Shown: positions 55,166 through 56,987 of the stretch, piece after piece | Position numbering within the stretch: the first letter of the stretch is position 1 | Layout of the letters: the number at the start of each line of letters is the position of its first letter | Source of the DNA: a virus | Taxonomy: Duplodnaviria; Caudoviricetes | Strand: one strand, 5' to 3' | IMG/VR virus record: IMGVR_UViG_3300021964_000079 | Span: 1-56,987 of that record | DNA: 56,987 nt | The notes under the pieces: model-generated | Seen by the model: the letters and a program-made list of their open reading frames with translations, nothing else | What the model was told of the DNA's origin: nothing | Database searches by the model: none | Made by a program: the position numbers and the translations under genes

Positions 55166-55447
55166 TTATTTCTCCTTTTCTATCTTTTCTATTCTCATTT
55201 GCAAATCATCGATTTTTTCAGTAATCTTTGGATACCTTTTTCTCCAAGCATCCTCTGGTTGCTCAAGCCACTTCAAACCCCACTTTGCAACCAAATAATC
55301 TACTAATGCATCAAACTTAGAATAACCCCAAAGACCAATCCTTGTGGTACTTAGATATGCAAGAGCTGCTGCGCCTGCTAATGAACCAATAATACTTGTG
55401 TATAACCAGAGGCGATCACTGGCAAGTCTCTCAACCATTTCCCACAT
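55166..55447 (-). CDS. Membrane-anchored hypothetical protein
   Basis: Start MWEMVE; one TM segment. Confidence 0.6.
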   Translation of the reverse strand: MWEMVERLASDRLWLYTSIIGSLAGAAALAYLSTTRIGLWGYSKFDALVDYLVAKWGLKWLEQPEDAWRKRYPKITEKIDDLQMRIEKIEKEK

Positions 55448-55448
55448 A

Positions 55449-55625
55449 TCAACCCCAATCGGGTATTGAACATTTTGTACAACGACAAGATTTGCAGACT
55501 TCTGTCTGACCCATGATTCCACCATCGCTACTGTAACCACGATGATCAACCATTTTGTTTGTTCCACAATGCGACTCATGACCACAATTTTTACAATAGA
55601 TCACGCCCCATTCTTCTGACATCAT
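55449..55625 (-). CDS. Small Cys/His-rich protein
   Basis: CKNCGHESHCG...CKSCRC..C. Confidence 0.55.
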   Translation of the reverse strand: MMSEEWGVIYCKNCGHESHCGTNKMVDHRGYSSDGGIMGQTEVCKSCRCTKCSIPDWG

Positions 55626-56104
55626 TAGTCTTCTTCCCTTGGAATGATTGACCAACGACCACAGAGAACAACTGCATAGTATGCGGCATACATCTTCCAT
55701 TTAGGAATGGCGGGGTCAGCGTCTTTCATTGCCATCAGAAATACATTGTCTGATGCTTTCTTTGCAGCCTTGTAGTTACTGATAATTTCATATACATTGG
55801 GGTGTTCATCAAGAACACCTTCTTTTTCACGATACTGGCGAATACGTTTGTAGAGAAGGTCATGAATGATAGCAGCACGGGCAATGTCCCACGGAGAAAT
55901 CAACCACCAGATTGCACGGGGTACACTAGCAAGGTCTGTCACAAATCCCTTAGTACAAGTGATCTTACTTGCAGGACATTTCACACCAACTGTCTCTAGT
56001 GCGCCCTCATCAATCTCTTCATTCTGATATGAGAGAGAGCGTTCCAGAATCCACTTCTTAGGTGGATGGAATTCAGCTGAAATTTTATTATTGAACTTTC
56101 CCAT
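55625..56104 (-). CDS. DUF1353-like protein
   Basis: GFVTDLASVPR..W, AAIIHDLLY, A.D..F..AM. Confidence 0.8.
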   Translation of the reverse strand: MGKFNNKISAEFHPPKKWILERSLSYQNEEIDEGALETVGVKCPASKITCTKGFVTDLASVPRAIWWLISPWDIARAAIIHDLLYKRIRQYREKEGVLDEHPNVYEIISNYKAAKKASDNVFLMAMKDADPAIPKWKMYAAYYAVVLCGRWSIIPREED

Positions 56105-56468
56105 CTTCCTCTTCCTTATTCGGTACTACTGCATTTTCGTAGTAGACAATGATCTGCTTCTGTTGTTCTATATATCGTCTCAGTTCAGCAAAGTTTAGAC
56201 TAAGGTTTTCGTAGTCCTTCACTGATAGCGCAATGTACGAATCCGCTCCATTTTTCTTTTCATATGACTTAATAAATTCATCGTAGTTTACCTTTGAAAC
56301 TACATAAATCTTAACGTCATTTAGTTGGACTTGTTTTGGTCTTGCTACTACCGGAATTTCCGTTTTTACTACCTTTGTCACCGTCACCACCTTCGGTGGC
56401 ATTATCCGGCCGCACCCCATTAGGGTCAGTGATAATAGCAAGATCGTCCCATAAACGATTGGTCGCAT
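56088..56468 (-). CDS. Putative o-spanin (Rz1-like lipoprotein)
   Basis: Lipobox LMGC, Pro-containing; overlaps the 3' end of the upstream TM/coiled-coil gene. Confidence 0.65.
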   Translation of the reverse strand: MRPIVYGTILLLSLTLMGCGRIMPPKVVTVTKVVKTEIPVVARPKQVQLNDVKIYVVSKVNYDEFIKSYEKKNGADSYIALSVKDYENLSLNFAELRRYIEQQKQIIVYYENAVVPNKEEEDGKVQ

Positions 56469-56796
56469 TTTGCATCCTCTTCTCTATCAAACCCGGTTTC
56501 TTATTCGCCAAGTGAGTTAGGTTATGTTTTCGCAGAGTGTTACGCAACTGGTCACCATACTGTTCTGCTACTTGTAATTCTTTTTGTAGTTCTCTATTTA
56601 GTTCTGAATTTCTTTGAACATCCTCAATCATCGTATTGATAGTTTCTTCTTGCAGTTGTGCAGCTACTTCTAGTTTCGCATTGTTTTCGGTCAGGATAGC
56701 AATACGCTCTTGAGTGTCCTTGTAATATATGTACCCACCGTAACCTACGCCACCTATTACACCCATGATAATCAGGAACAGATAAACTTTAATCAT
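56317..56796 (-). CDS. Putative i-spanin (Rz-like)
   Basis: N-terminal TM segment followed by a long coiled coil. Confidence 0.65.
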   Translation of the reverse strand: MIKVYLFLIIMGVIGGVGYGGYIYYKDTQERIAILTENNAKLEVAAQLQEETINTMIEDVQRNSELNRELQKELQVAEQYGDQLRNTLRKHNLTHLANKKPGLIEKRMQNATNRLWDDLAIITDPNGVRPDNATEGGDGDKGSKNGNSGSSKTKTSPTK

Positions 56797-56987
56797 TACT
56801 GAATATACATGTTAAGTTCATATCTCTTGTTGTCGAGATTAGCAACTTGAATATGTACCTTCTGTTTTTTGTTAGTATCTAGGATGTAACTGTTCGTCTT
56901 ACCACTGCTTGGTTTTCTTGGACCACTCGCAACCTTACTATCAATCTCATCAGGGTCTACTATCACGCCTTTGCTCTTTGCGAACTT
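56796..56987 (-). CDS. Partial hypothetical protein (5' end outside the window)
   Basis: Open frame ending ...HIQVANLDNKRYELNMYIQ*. Confidence 0.55.
   Translation of the reverse strand, partial: KFAKSKGVIVDPDEIDSKVASGPRKPSSGKTNSYILDTNKKQKVHIQVANLDNKRYELNMYIQ

Overview
A 57-kb segment of a T4-like (Tevenvirinae-type) marine myophage genome, mostly coded on the - strand. It carries baseplate, tail and head genes (gp6, gp25, PAAR, gp5, gp53, gp48, gp4, gp2, gp54-like, gp26, gp51, a tape-measure-like gene) and replication genes (uvsX, gp41, gp32, gp59, gp33, rnh, gp61, nrdA, Grx-nrdB, thyX, dCMP deaminase). Auxiliary genes include phoH, IscA, five 2OG-Fe(II)/cupin oxygenases, a sulfotransferase/APS-kinase module, ribosomal protein bS21, and a curli (CsgF/CsgG/curlin)-FecR-CHASE2 adenylate cyclase operon. 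The most striking content is an RNA layer that the ORF track does not show. (1) A circularly permuted two-piece, alphaproteobacterial-type tmRNA whose intervening segment holds a 44-aa membrane-protein ORF between complementary ends. (2) A canonical type I hammerhead ribozyme about 60 nt downstream of it. (3) A kissing-loop element. (4) A tRNA-Arg(UCU) nested in frame inside a protein gene. (5) A tRNA-like RNA with a ~100-nt expanded anticodon arm. (6) An HIV-type UUUUUUA-GGG -1 slippery site that would fuse gp26 to gp51. The tmRNA type points to an alphaproteobacterial host (inference). All calls were made by eye, with no database searches.
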